Assembly: GCF_002113885.1 (NCBI RefSeq)
Contig: NW_018404676.1
Span: 441,453 to 505,452, forward strand
From: Mizuhopecten yessoensis
Taxonomy: Eukaryota
DNA length: 64,000 bases
Direction: 5' to 3'
Made by a program: the position numbers and the translations under genes. Shown piece by piece: positions 27,101 through 42,100 of this stretch. A model generated the notes under the pieces. It saw nothing but the letters and a program-made list of their open reading frames with translations, did no database searches and was not told the origin of the DNA. Position 1 is the first letter of the stretch. Each line of letters starts with the position of its first letter.

Positions 27101-30100
27101 CTTATTATTAATTCTGCCATTTTATGTTCACAGTGATTTAGGTGATGTACGATGTTTTTACTTGAGGAGTGTTACAAGTATTGTGGGTACGTAATAGTAA
27201 TGTACGACTGTTTTCTACCATCAGTTATACACGTTATTTAAATGATATTTTATAAAATTGATCCTTTCGAAAAGAAAACTTTCAATGAGTCAGTTTGTCA
27301 AATGATGATGATTACCGTTGTAGATCACTGTGCCTCCAGTCCTTGTAAGAACGGAGGAGTGTGTGGGTCCACACAGGGTACCTATGTTTGTACATGCACA
27401 GCTGGCTTCACTGGACAGTCATGCGAAAAAGGTGAGTTTCATAGCAGAAAGGTTGAAGGAATAATGTAATAAGTTTTTGACTTTAAGATATACCTCATTC
27501 AACATAGACGATAGCTTTGCTGTATGCTTTTGTTTTTCATTTGTTCGTTCATGTGATCGGCATACATTTTTAGCTCACCTGGCCCGAAGGGCCATGTGAG
27601 CTTATGCCGTACTGCGGCGTCCGTCCGTCTTTCGTCCGTCGCGAATCCGTTAACTTTTTCTTTTGAACGACTTCTTCTGGAGAACTGGAGGACCTAGGGT
27701 CATAATATTTGGCCATTAAGAACCTGGGATGGATTGCTATAAAGTTTCCTCATTAAAATGACATTGACCTACTTTCAAGGTCACTGTGGTCAAATATGTT
27801 CAAAATTTCAAACAACGATAACCTAAGAACCATTTGAACTAGAGTCATGATACTTGGGTATGTTATGGAGAACAGTAGTGCAAATCGTTTGCTCATTACA
27901 GTAATGAGGTCAAAGGTCAACTTTAATTGCTAGTTGAGGGTCAAATGTCAACTTTTGTTAAAAGCTTTAACAATATCCTTCTCAAGTTCCAAAGGGCCCA
28001 GGGTCATGATATTTGGCCAATAGGTACTTTGGATGGAGTGCTATAAAGTATCCTCATTTAAACGGTCAATGTGGGTTAAAAGCTTAAAAATTAAAATTTT
28101 AAATTTCAAACAACAGTATCTTCAGAACCGTTTAAGCGATGTTAAAATGTCTTGTGTTCTAGTTTCCAAATTTAGTCTTAAGTTGAATATATGTCAGTTT
28201 CATTTACCAAAAGAAACAGGTGAGCGAAACAGGCCCTTTGGGCCTCTTGTTTAAGGTAGATTCTCTTATCTGGACAATTAACAACGTTCGATAATTGGGG
28301 ACCTAATGCTATAATGATTTCCGTTTTGCATTTAGGTCCGTGCCCGCCTACAGTTCCACCTCACTGTAACAATGGCGGATATTGTTACTCCATTGGAGCT
28401 ACCAGAAATTGTTTCTGCAAACTTGGATTTTCGGGACAAACATGCGCAGATAGTAAGTTTCGCATGATCTGAAGTTTCAAATATACCGTAGTTCTTCTCT
28501 TATAAAAATCAGCACACTTTGTGTCTTAGCCAGTTGATATACTACAGACGTTTTTGGAAATGACCGGTAATTCGGTAATTATCCATAATATTGTAATTAA
28601 CGATTATGGAAAATATGCAGAATAACTTCCTCTAATTGTTGTTCCCATTTCTCTTTTAATCACTGTAAACCGTACAGCCTTCCTTAATTTTTACAATTAT
28701 ACCGTGGTATCAGTTGTCCAGTAACAATGTAACATTTATATCAACAAGCAGAAAATGACTTCATGTATATGACACATAACAGCATCGGTTGTTTATAGAA
28801 TTGTCCATTTCATTTATTTTTCTAGATTCGAAAGATACCGTCGTGAATCCGCAAGCTAATGGGGTAAATGCCTTTTATCAAAACATATGCAATTACCACA
28901 GAAACAAATATGCATTGATCAACATTTAGAAGTATTGGTTTAAAAGCGGCTTCTTTTAACTTATAAAGCTTTTTTAACAGTAGTGATGTTTACCAAAACA
29001 CATTTGTGTAGCAATGGGTATCCTAATAGACACAAGTGTAATATACTTTCATTTTTAAAGGCTAAATTCAAGGATGGGACCATCCCAAAAGAAGTTAAAT
29101 GTTACGTAGGCCAACCATGTCAAATACCGACAACGCTCATAGGTGATCCTGGGACCAGGTAAGGTTCACACTGATTGTATAGGTAATAGGTAACTTTTTG
29201 AGCGATAGGATTGTCTATTATTGTATATTTCTCGTTAGTGTGGCATGTTGATTTGTTGTCACCCTCCAAGTTTCTCGCTATGAGGACGTTACATTATTTG
29301 ACCTAGATTTATCAGTTGGTTGTTGCCGATGAAGCAGAAAGATTTTGACCCTTCCGTTAAATCTTCCTCTTCCTTTGTTAAGGTTTTGCCATACTATAAT
29401 CGATTTTTCGAATTCTTGCAACATATATTTAAAAATTGATTAGCAAGTTATGACTTATGACGAAAACGTATTTTATCAAATAACATATGTGTTCCCGATA
29501 TCCTCATTGGTTGGATCGTACATACGTGGGATGCGGATTTGAGATATTTACTCGGTGTTTTTTGAAACAGAGCAGAAGGTCAATATTCACCTATGACGTC
29601 ATTTCAAGTGTAAAGTCACAATGATCTCTGCCGAATGCAGTGCTTTCCTTCATGTAATTTCCCTATATGTACATTCCGTTTATCACCTTATGAAATAGAT
29701 AGACATTTTATTTCGGTGAATATGTGGTTAAATGGATCTGAGAAAATTATGTTAACCTTGACTTTGTCTCGGTTAATATCACTGTCTCAGGTCCGTATAA
29801 CCACATATACCCCTGAACAAAAGTCCATAATTGATACCTATGTAGTGAAAGCAATGTAAAAAAATAAAGAGACCACTTTGTTACCAAGTGTTGTATACTT
29901 CCAATTATTAATCACAAACACGTAAAAAGACCGAGCTGTTCAGGCTCATTCAATCACTCAAAGTATAAAATGACAGTTTCAAACGAATGAACATGTTATG
30001 TTTACGAATATACATAATAAATGGGCTGACATTCACCTCTCATGGTGTAATATCAGGGGTGTAAGGGCGCATGTTGATGTTTGTATGTGAATGTATCAAA

Positions 30101-33100
30101 ATATTTTTGATGATGTGAGTGTTTACATTTTATAACTAGAAAAAATAAAAACACAAATTTTGATCTCATTGTTATGATTAAATTCTTCAGACCCGTTGTG
30201 AGTCCAGGGTACGTTAACGGAAATCTTGATGTACACGGGACCACTGTAACCAAGGACCCTTCCTCCCCAACCGATTACCATACCAGTGTGGAGGTGGTTA
30301 GTAAGACCAGTGGCAAACACCAAATATGTATCCAAAGCAATAACCCAGCGGGGTAAGTTATTCTGAAGGTATTATTTATCTATGTTTGAACCAAAGAGTA
30401 ATATCAAATTTAAATGTTTTAACCCTCCCTAACAGCAGCTTATTTGAGGTGCATGTGATTTGAAAAATATATCTTGCTTAGATAAAATTTATCTGAATAT
30501 CATGAGCTACATTTTCAAATAAAAAGATATGAATTGCAAACTGAGCAGTGTAGAGCTGAAAATGTATATATACTGATAAAGAGATCAAAATAAAACTAAT
30601 GCTTAAATCCTTTTGATTCTTTGCAGAAAAAATCGAAAATGTACTTTTCTATTTTATATTCCAGACAAAGTGCCGATGAAATATGTTTTATGGTAAATGC
30701 AGTCAATGGTAAGTATACATGCATCTTATATAAGTATTATAATCAATAATTATCAATACGTTTTAAATAACATTCCAATGATATACACTCACTATGAAAA
30801 GCTTTTTGGTGTAAATAACATGGTAATTGTATATCTTTTACAGGACAACTCAACCTGCCGAGCAAGGTAAATAAAGCAGATAAAATAAAAACAACAATAT
30901 ATGTATACTACCAACTTTAACCATACTTACCATCAACTAATGCTTGAACAATTGACTGACTGAAGCATTATCTAATATGTCACTTGAAATGTGTTAAGGT
31001 GGTTCTTTTAAATTAACCCACTAACTCTGTAGTTCATGGTGGTACCATCAGTAACTAAATATATCGTCTCTTATAAAGTACTTTTATAAAATATGACACA
31101 GGGTCGTCTGTATACATTTCGATCCGATGTGAAGAATGACTCATAACATTATTCGTTTCAGTCGCATGCGTATTTTATTGATCCCTCCCTACCGGATGGC
31201 TCTTCTGTGGAGTGCAAGACCGGTAAAGCCTGTCACCTCAGTCTCTGGGTTCACAACTACGATGGCGAGGACGCATGGTAGGGAGAGCATTGTTCGATGT
31301 TTTTGGCAATCTTTTTTTAAAGAAAGCTTTGTCCAGTTTTCCAGCCAAAAAAATGAATCACAGTAAAGTATTTTGACTGAATAATTTGTATAGCCTTAAT
31401 TATTTTGATATATAGAGGTTACCCAACGAGTACTGTTTGGTTATTATGATTATCTAACTCTAGTTAGATAACTTTGATAATCAACCATTACGAGTTTGTG
31501 GACCTTTAAATTCCTCACACAATAGTCAGGTTTTATATCTAGATTATCATAAATATCTCTTGGGAACACACTTTTCCTGTTTCCGATTGGGGAACTAGTT
31601 ACCATGAACATGATTGTTACTTGACGTCATAATTAGAAGATTGGCCAATAAAATGACGTCCAAGATGTTACTCACCAGTGAGTACCAAAATATTCATCAA
31701 CATTTTGAGAGTTTATCATCAGATTCCCTTTATATTTAAAATCACGTACCTATTATGATATTTCCTTATTTTTATAAGACTCACTTTTTTAAAATATAAC
31801 TTTATGTTTCAAATTAGACTCATCGATCAATTATCTCACATGATATTCAGATTGTATCAGTTGATTCATCTTGGTTGCTTTCAGTCCATCAGTTAAATCG
31901 TCACAAGACATCTACTCAGGAGTATACATCCACCAGGCTACTGGCACATCCGCGTCAGGTCCATGTAAGGTGGATGTGGTCTTTCACAACGATCAGCCAA
32001 AAACTTACACAGGCATATGTTTCACATCAACGTCTTCCAGACAAGATGTTTTCGGGTAAGACATTTTTTTATTTTTTTTTGTAAAGCTACAAAATGTATC
32101 AAAAGAAGATAAAAACCCAACTTTATATATGTTTCTTCACGAAATGCGCTTCAAAATAGTTTACAACCATACATGTATGTGTATCTTCGTTCAACTTTTT
32201 TTTTGAAGAAAGCTCCAATAATAAGGTAACGATGGCGTTCCGTCAGTTTAGTATGTGTTTTAATCATGTACAGATTGGAAAAGTGACATGTTCTAAGAGA
32301 TGAAATATTTTTGATAAGGACACTGATAGATGAAAAGATCTTCGAAACTCACTTTCCAACAATTCCACTTCTTACATGTCAGGACGATTATAGTCCTCAT
32401 TTCACCAAGATTGGTAGTATAAAGTTAAGATGATGGCTTGGATGAAGAACTTGCAGAGACAAGGATAAAACGTTGGATGATCCTCCTGGATAATATCTAT
32501 ATATAGCCAAGTTGCAGCTGTATGGAGCTGTAGAGCAAGGACATGCTGAAGAAGGAGCTTTTCTAATGTCATCTAAATCTAACTGCTATAGCGTTTGCTT
32601 GTAGTTGGAAAGCTTGGAAGTAAGGGTTTAGAATAGCTGTAAGACACGAAGTACGGTGGTATGTTAGCTTTGACAGACTTTTAATTTTGGATATAACGAA
32701 TTTTAATGGCATCTAACATGAGAGTTTAATAGAATGTCGAGTTACCGAAGAGTCGTAACATTCAGCACAGAATACAAGAGTCAAATTTTATGACTGCATT
32801 TTCTGAGAAATGATTAAAGACATATTTTAATGCCGTAAGCTATGCCAGTTTACAATGGACATGTTTTATGTCTTTTCAGAGGTGACGGAGAGGTCCGCTG
32901 CTATGACGTCACTATCGTTGATACGTTGTCAGGTGAGGTTACTTTGTTTCTGTCTAAACTATTGGGAAATTCTAGCCACAGTTTGATGCCACTGAAAGTG
33001 ACTTTAAATTTGTGTGATATTCGTACTCTTGTAACTTTGCATATCCAGGTAATTTATGAAATATGTTTATGCAAACCGAAAGCTAAACAAACTGACTTAA

Positions 33101-36100
33101 ACGTTAATTTAGAAATTTGCAACGGTTATAATCAACTTAAGGTAACTTCTCACAATTCAGTATATGTGGAATCATCGGAACATGTAGCAAGAGGAACACT
33201 TTTTTCCTGAAAACTATAAATAAGAATAAAATGGGTAAAAGTCAGATTAAAAAGGAATTGATGAAATGAGATACTGCAGGATTAATAAATACGATACATT
33301 TACCTTTGTTGCATGCTCACTAATATTGTGCTGTTTTTTTTTTATTGTAGTCGTTGGTTCTTGTTCCTCCACTTTGTGCGAGAATGGAGCATTTTGCGAC
33401 GGTCACCGAACAACACCGAAGTGTGCCTGTCTGAGTGGGTTTTCAGGCCCCCTTTGTCACCAAAGTATGTACATTTATAAACTAAACAATGGAATCCTAA
33501 TGTGTTCAACTACAAAGAGCCACAGTGTTGTTAAGGTTAGGATAGGAAACCTAATTTGCAATTTATAAAAAATACATGTATGTCCTAGATCTTTAACCTT
33601 ATATCAGTTTTTGAATAGCCAGTATGTTCATCGATTTAACATACTGAATATTTATTATATAACAATAGTTAGAAATAGTCATACATAACTTTATTTTTCA
33701 AATTTCATGATATTGAGATTTAACAGAATCACACAAAAATGGCATGAAAAAACATGAAAAGTATGAGAGAAAAAGACATCATCCGGTCAATATAAACACC
33801 CTTAAACTTTCCTTTCAGTAATAATTAAACTATTTCTTGCAGCTCATGGTGAATCACTAACCAGTCCTGCACCAGTTCCGGGCGTTACACAAGTAAGCTG
33901 CAAATGCACAATAACAATACTGATTTATATGTACAATTATAATTGAAAAGAAATTACTCGGCATTGAGCGACAAAAAGAAACAAAGATGTGAGAACGGAA
34001 ACATATCTTAACAAAATATGAAAAGTAATCAACATAACAGTGTAAACGGACTTATCGACAAATCATGTGTAAGAATTAAATATGTTATACCATTACAGAG
34101 TACTTTCGGAGACCTTGCTGTTCCAAAGGAGATAAAATGTACCCTACATCAGGAATGTGAAGTTCCATTCACCTTTACAAAACCGGGTGGAGGCACCGGC
34201 ACACAGTATGTCATTGACATTTTGATATATCTTCTGATGATTCTTCAACAATTTAAAATTCTTATTATACATGCAGGACAATATTTATATTTCTGTTATA
34301 ATTTCATAACAGTGGTCTCCGCAATTTTATGTGGGATAACTTTGTGTCCCTAGTGTGGAGATGAGGAGATTCCAAAATCATAACAAATGTATGGCGTCAT
34401 GTTAACAATACATTTACGTCACGCCAACAATGCATTGAGACTGTAACGTCAATATTGCATAAATAACAGGGTCAACAGAGTAAGACAGATGAAGATTAGT
34501 TCTCCACATTTGGGATGAAATGAAAAATTGCGATTCAAAATAGGTTAGGGGTACTAAAATTGCTAAACAACTGGCAAGTCTTGTGAATTTGTGTACTTGT
34601 AAATCTTTCCCCTCGAGATGAAATCCCTTAAGTGAACAAATATTATAAGTCTAACAGTCATGACTAACTGCTCTTATAATGGGTTGATTTCATCGAAATT
34701 CGTTATACACATACATATTGACAAGTCTAAAGCTGAGTTTGATAGTAAATGTTGTCCTTTGATGTTTTAAGGTGAATAGCTTGCACGTTATCTGGAAAAT
34801 TGAACGAAATTTGTTTTTGCATTAGCAATGTCGGTGCCAATATTTGATCAAAGGCAATTTGGCCCTTTTGGTAGCTATCACCGATAAGTTATATTTTTTT
34901 GTATATACATTCCTTAGGGTTATGCCATCATGATATGAAATGAAATTTAGGTCAACTTGGAGACCATTCCGAGATATGAGGGGGTAAAATGGGCGACCAA
35001 AATCCCAAATAGACACTTTTTTTTACAAAACCATATGATATTTTTTGAAAGTTTCTTAATCATTTTTGTGTTTTGCCGAACACTAAAGCTGTAAATTTAA
35101 AAATGGCCGAAAAGAGTAGCACACGGTTGATAAGTAGGTCACTGTGACCTTCTTATATATTTGCTTAATTATGTCAACAATTCTGTCTTTTCTGTGCCTA
35201 AATTCATATTAGAACCAAACAATAATATTATTTTTTATCACCCTTTTTAACACTTTTATTGATAAGTATAGCGTTTTAAGCACAATAGTCACAATTTTAA
35301 AAATGAATAAAATGGTTAAAAAAGAACAAAGAAAGTGGTCTTAAAGCTGACCTTAATTTCATTTTATATCATGATGGCATAACCCCAAAGTATGTATATA
35401 GCCACCAGAAGGCCATAATTGGCACCCCTCCTTTCCGAGAAAAAAGGATTGATTTGGTCAGTATTAGTTAAAATTCCTAAGTTACATACTGATAAAATTT
35501 TGATAGCTAAGAACATAAATTTGACACTGCTTAGAAAGTCTTAAACTGCTGTTGCCATCATCGTCATGCTGAGAGAAAATGACTTTAACTAATATTGCAT
35601 TAATAACTTTTTTAATAATTTTTAATAATGGGATGTTTTTGCAGCCATAATTCTCATAATAAAACATGTAATATACAATCGCCTTTTGAATGACGTGTTT
35701 TGTGTTGTCTTTTTCCAGACCTTCATTGAATCTTGGACAAATAGATAGCGGTCTTACTGTTACTCCAGCTATTGTGTCCAAAGATCCCCACTCTCCGGAA
35801 GGGACGTACCAAGGCAAAGTAAAGGTCGTGGGCAATACACCAGGAAACAAGAAAGTCTGCGTTCACACCCCGACTAGCTCGCCTGAGTATGTAATTTCGA
35901 AACGAGTTTCATTGTGCACACGATTTGGTGTCATTAGCGTTGTGTATTTGTTTTCATGTGTGAATCTTACGATTGTTGTCCGGTTTATCCGAATATGTTA
36001 CTCTAATATATAAAAGTAAAACATTATAAATATTATATGATATCATAGAAATAATCTAAAGCAAAATTCCTTCCAATTTTCAGCGTTGTTGGCGATGACA

Positions 36101-39100
36101 TCTGCTTCAACGTTGACGTAACCAACCCAACAGGCAGTGAGTATTATGGAACTGGATGATGATTGATTTATTGATTTTTGGCAAAATGAAATATATATTG
36201 CCCTTGCAGTAGGGAATCACCTTGTTATTACTCGATTAATCTTGTTTCACACATGCCACGCCCTTGTGAAATATGATTATTACCTCGGAGGAATAACCGT
36301 GCTCCCCTATGGTAAGGGCGATAAACGTATATAGTAATCTAACGATTTCGCCAAAAGATCCATAAAACAAATAATAATGATATTTACCCTGTTTTTTTCT
36401 GTGTTAAGAAGTTATACAGTTTGTAAGAAAAAAACACTGACACAAATAAGTAAATCATACTGAAATCAAAACGCATATTGGTCTGTAATGTAAGCGTTCT
36501 TGCTATCATGATTGCTAAAATATTTTACCTTAACTCCATTTTAAGGCCTAGGATGTAAGATGCGTTTCCCTAAGCGTTAGATAACAATATGTGTAAGCGA
36601 TACGCTATATGTACAGTCTCGTTTGATTTCTCGTTAAATACTTGTTCCCAGTGGCATTTATTGTAACTCAAGAAAATTATCGATGTCAAAATGATGGACA
36701 TTCTACCCCAAATGATTCAGTGTAAATATCGTGACTCTTAATTCTGTAGATTTCCTCACATAGATGTCGCTTTTGACGTGGAATTTAGGCCTGTCATAAC
36801 GACATATTGAAAGCCAACAACTCCATCCAATATCAAATCTCGCTTTGATTGTCGCTCTTAATGATAATCAATGCCCACATCATTCTGAGAACAAGAGTAA
36901 GAACGAGAAAGGGTATATTATAGCACTACTGAAAGTACCGCATATACATTCTATATGTATACACTCTGTATCATTTTTTCTTTCTTTTTGTAGGTTCAGC
37001 TGCTCCCAATGTTGCCCAAGTAAGTGTTTAAATCACTTTTACTTCGTGAATTAATTAAAATGGACAACTTTGATCGGTCTGACATTTTGAACAAATTTAG
37101 CTCAGTCTTCTTTCCTTTTTTTTTACAGCCACATTTTATCGAGCCGACGGTCCAACCTCAGTCTACTCTTCAGTGTGAACCAGGGAGGATATGTCACGTA
37201 ATTCTTCAAATGTCACCTGGAATTAATCATGGATGGTTTGTATTTACTATAAACAATTAATGATGCCAAAAACTGAGTTTTTGATATCGTGAAATAGACT
37301 CCATCTTTAGCTGACCTAGTCTTACCCCAAGAGCCAATTTAACTTAATGTCGTAGTGCGATGTCCGGCGTCCGCCCAACGTCAACGTTTTACTTTTTACG
37401 ACTAAAACCAAAATATTGATAGTATTTGGTCAGTTGTATGCTTGGATAAAGGGCTATCAACTTCATTCTAATTAATAACTTTGACCATCTGTCAAATCAA
37501 CAGGGATCAAACATGGTAAAATCTCTTAGCGACTTCTTATCAATAGCCAAAAGGCCGAAGGTGATGACATTTTGCCAGTATCTAGATTGTGTGAAGTACT
37601 ATGAAGTTTTAAACGTGAATGAATCAACCAGACCAATAACGATGGTATTATTATTAAAATTATTAGAACTTCTTATGGTGTAGATGATTAAAATCTTTCA
37701 GAAAGGACCCATTACATATTGTGTAATTAATTTGAGTAAATTTAAATAAAATTGACTTTCAAACGATTTGAAGGTGACAGACGTAAGTCAATAACCAGTG
37801 AGCGATACAGGTTCATTGGGCCTTTTGTCTACTTATGTAAGAGATTGAGTTTGCTTGTGTAACACTATTTAAAAGAAAGATTTTCTATGAGATGGTTCAG
37901 CACACGTACAATACTATAAATTATATATGTTTCATCTCGTTGTAGTCCTTCTGTAGTTCAGGCCCAGGGCCCATCGGATGACCTCCACCTATTTCACTCC
38001 GACTCAAACACTGTTATTGGTTCGTGTGCTGTTGACGTCACACTCACACCACCGGCGAGTAAACATGGAACGGATACGCTTTGCTTTGACACATCCTTAC
38101 CTTAGTAGGTTCAATGTTAGATTTTACAAATTTACGTATCTTCCCTTCAATGATAGTGAGATAGGCATGTGCAAATAGAATAGAAACTTATCGCTTCAAT
38201 CGCTATCATTTATCAGCAATGTAACTTCGTGAGGCCCAGGCAGGGTTTACGTCAAAATTGTCACTATTTGTCTTTTATATCACGCATTTACATGATAACA
38301 CATTTCCCTCAAAGTTAGTTTAGAAAAAACTTACATCATTTATTTTGATATCTTGAATCAAGTTTATTTGAATGTGTTCGAACATATGTTTAGCAACCTT
38401 TGAAATCCACTTATAGATAAAATTTTTTTACTAATTATACTTTATAAATTGAAAAATGATAAACTCGGTAACTTTTAACACATTTGAATAGGATAGTATT
38501 TAATACTCAAAACCATATTGTTTGCCAAGATCATACTTTAACATATGATTTATAGTACATATTTAACGTGAAAACACGATAATCATTACTTCTAATTGAT
38601 GATGACGATTCTATTGTAATAGATCAATTTCATACTTTTGCATTTGTATACTGACGCTGTGGCTATTCTATTTTACTTTTTACCTTGATCATCCATCCGC
38701 AGCATTCCCGGGGAACACAGATGCTTCAAAGTGGATTATTCCCATATCGGTATGTTGTACATAGCTCGTTAGGGTAATTATGTTTACTTGAAACGAAGCG
38801 GCCGAGTTTAAATGCACTATAAAATGACTTTTTTCCTTGATAAATATCCCTTTATAAAGCCTCTGTTTTGGCACAGTTCCCGTTGTCCGTCCATGTTTCC
38901 GTCAATTTTTCATTTGAAATGCTTCTTGTTCAGAACAGCTGGTTATCAGCATAATATGATATTACCTTCTGCATGCTCAAATTCATGTTTTGTATGTCAT
39001 TAAGATTTGGTGACCTAAGTATTTCCGGGAGGCATTATAATTGAGTCCATGTACCACAGATGGTGCAAGAAACTCTTGTCCTTCTGGAACACTGCTGTGG

Positions 39101-42100
39101 CCGTTGGTTTATTGTTGGATTCTGTCTTTTGTTTTCCTGACTCTTCTCTAAATATTGATTTATTATTTTGTCACCTTTAAATTCATTTTTTTCCTTGCGT
39201 GATGTAGATGTGTTGTTTGTTCACTTCTATATAACACTGATTGAAACACATACTAATTTGTATTACTGACCTAGCGGCCGCCTAAAATAACACAATGATT
39301 ATATTTAACTTTACTTTCGGTAAAGAGATGCATATAGGCACAAAGTAGTATTGTATTTAATTAACGTTAAATTACATAAACGTTCAGCCCCGTTGCGTTC
39401 CTATACACAGTAGGCAGTACGGAATTGAAGTTCCTGATTAGGCACCTAGTAGAAAAGATATTTACGTAATCTTGGACTATTCTTTGTTATCAGTATCCGG
39501 GCCTTGTACTGGGATTACATGTCATAATGGCGGAGTGTGCGGGGCTAATGGCCAATGCGTTTGTCCCATCGATCGAAGTGGACCAAACTGTGAGAACTGT
39601 ACGTTTGTATATATATGAAAAATATTTATACTGACATAAATGTTCGAAATCACATAACTTTCACAGTTATACATTTAAAATTACCTGGAAAAAAGTATTC
39701 AAAATTCATAAAGAATTTATGAATGTTTTACAAACAAACAGTAAATAAGAGGTTTGTGTATGAATATATATATAATTACAAACATAAGAAAGTAGTAAAC
39801 TTGATAAGGGACAAGCGTTTCTATAAAGCTGATAAAGTAATAAAGGTTAGAATTGTTATTTAAATATCAATATATCCCTTTCAGACCTGGCAACAAAATT
39901 CTAAATTTTGTTGAACTTGAGGTAAGTCGGGCTTCGTTAAATATTGAGTAAAGGTTATTGCATTTATTTTTCAGCCGGAAACCAAGGACCGGCCCACACA
40001 GCTGTCCCACCAAAGTTCACAGATATGGCTTTGCCAACCGACGTTAAATGTGAAATAAATACAGAGTGTGTAATCCCTTTAATGGTAAATGGAGCCCAGG
40101 CTACGCTGTAAGTAAGGTTTAAATCATTCTATAATAATAAACACGCTTGTTTCTTCTTATTCAGTGAGACATGTCTAAATTAAAAACAAGAAATCCGGAA
40201 TTCTGTATAAATAAGACATCAGATGCCACTGCTTATATGTGTATGTATCTTGAACCATTTTAATCATATTGATCAGACTAAAAAAGGTACTCACCTTCCC
40301 GACGTGTGTTTTCCAAAATTAAGTCCAATTAAGAGCTTCCAACCGGGACAACAAGAGTGATAAATAGAAATTGAAAAGCAAGTTGTTTCAAAACTGTTGT
40401 AAGATGAAAATATTTATTATAATAAACCTGTTTATTCCGATAAAAAAATGACCAACGAGGTAATCAAATTTGACATCTTCCTTAGGCCATGTAACATTGT
40501 ATAAACTGTATATTAGGGAGTGTCTTTTTAGAACGTATTAAGCTAGGAATAACCTAGCTTGCCTTCATTCAGACTGTTAACATGTTGACAGGTCGATGTC
40601 TCGTTCGGGGCCAGAAAATACTACGGACCGTGGAATTATACGGCCCCGTTTGTTGGCAAATACAATCCGCTTTGCCATAATACGTACCTTCCATATATCG
40701 AAAATAATTAGCTATTATCAATCAGAAACAAACTCTGTTTTCCGAGGTTCAAAAGTTGCCGCATAAACAACGCAATTTTAACGATTTTTTGCCAATTTCT
40801 TGGTTATATGCATCATCGGATACAACTAATCAGGTCCAATAAGTAATATGTAAATTGAAAATAATGTGCTAAAATATATTTTCATATTTTATTAATCAGG
40901 TTTCATGTGGTTTAAAGTGTTTATTCGTGTTCATGCTAACTCAAGCTTAAAAATAAGAAAAATAAGAAAAATAAAAATTGATAAGGTTAGTCTCGGTCCC
41001 TTTCATTTCTTCGTTGTTTCTTCTTAACGATTAATAACACACGCACACTCATTACATGACACCTATATAATTTTTATTTAAACCAATACATAACAATTCA
41101 TGGCACATAGATAATAAAACGCCTTTTCATGTCAACAAATAACAATTTATCACAGTTTATATATTTGCCGGATATTCTTAATTTTAGACAAATCACATTT
41201 ATATCGGCAGAACTATTTACAATTGATATTTTCTTTTTAACCACTTTATCTTTGTAAAGAAATATAGCAATGATCGATCGCTTAAATGTCAACTAGCTTT
41301 GTGTATGGTTTAATGGCATTTAATTGCATTAAACCAAAAAACTGCTAAATATGAATATATAATAAAAAAAACTCACCATCACATTTACATCAGTAGTTCT
41401 TCATGACCATATAATGGCAAATGCAATATACGGTCGGTCATTCAATCAATCAATTAATTGATCAATCGATCAATCAATCAATCTATATAGCATATCCCAT
41501 ATCGAAAACGTACATATCGAAGCTCCACACAGAATGCGTCATGGAATCAAAGGATAAAATTCCATGACATAATTTGCGTATTATGATATAAAACATGGGT
41601 GTATTTTGTGTTTGAGATGTAATAGGAAAGTGTGATTCTATCAAAAAACATTTAACAATCCGTTTCTTTCATGTTGTTTTTTCTCTCTTGATGGACGGCA
41701 GCGTATTATTCTTAAATTGTTTCTTTTTTTATTTTGTTTTCAGGCCACACATTCACGTTGGACATACAGACAGTGGTATTGAAGTTAAAAGCCCAGAAAT
41801 AGGCAAAACAGGAAATCTTCCACCTGGGACCAACCAGGTTGTACTCCCTATTACAGGGAAACAACTTGGAAATAAAACGGTCTGCGTACAGGCACTGCCA
41901 ACCACAGGGTAAGATGACAGCATTATGCAATAAAACATTTAAGCTTATATATAAAATTCTTTTATAGATAAAATGTTTATACCTTGGAATGTTTGTTTAT
42001 AAAAAATATAAATATTCATATTTCACAACAATCTGCAAAACGTAAACCATTTCTAGCTTGCACTGTCAATTGCTGCCTCAGTCCAATTCCTCAATTTCAC

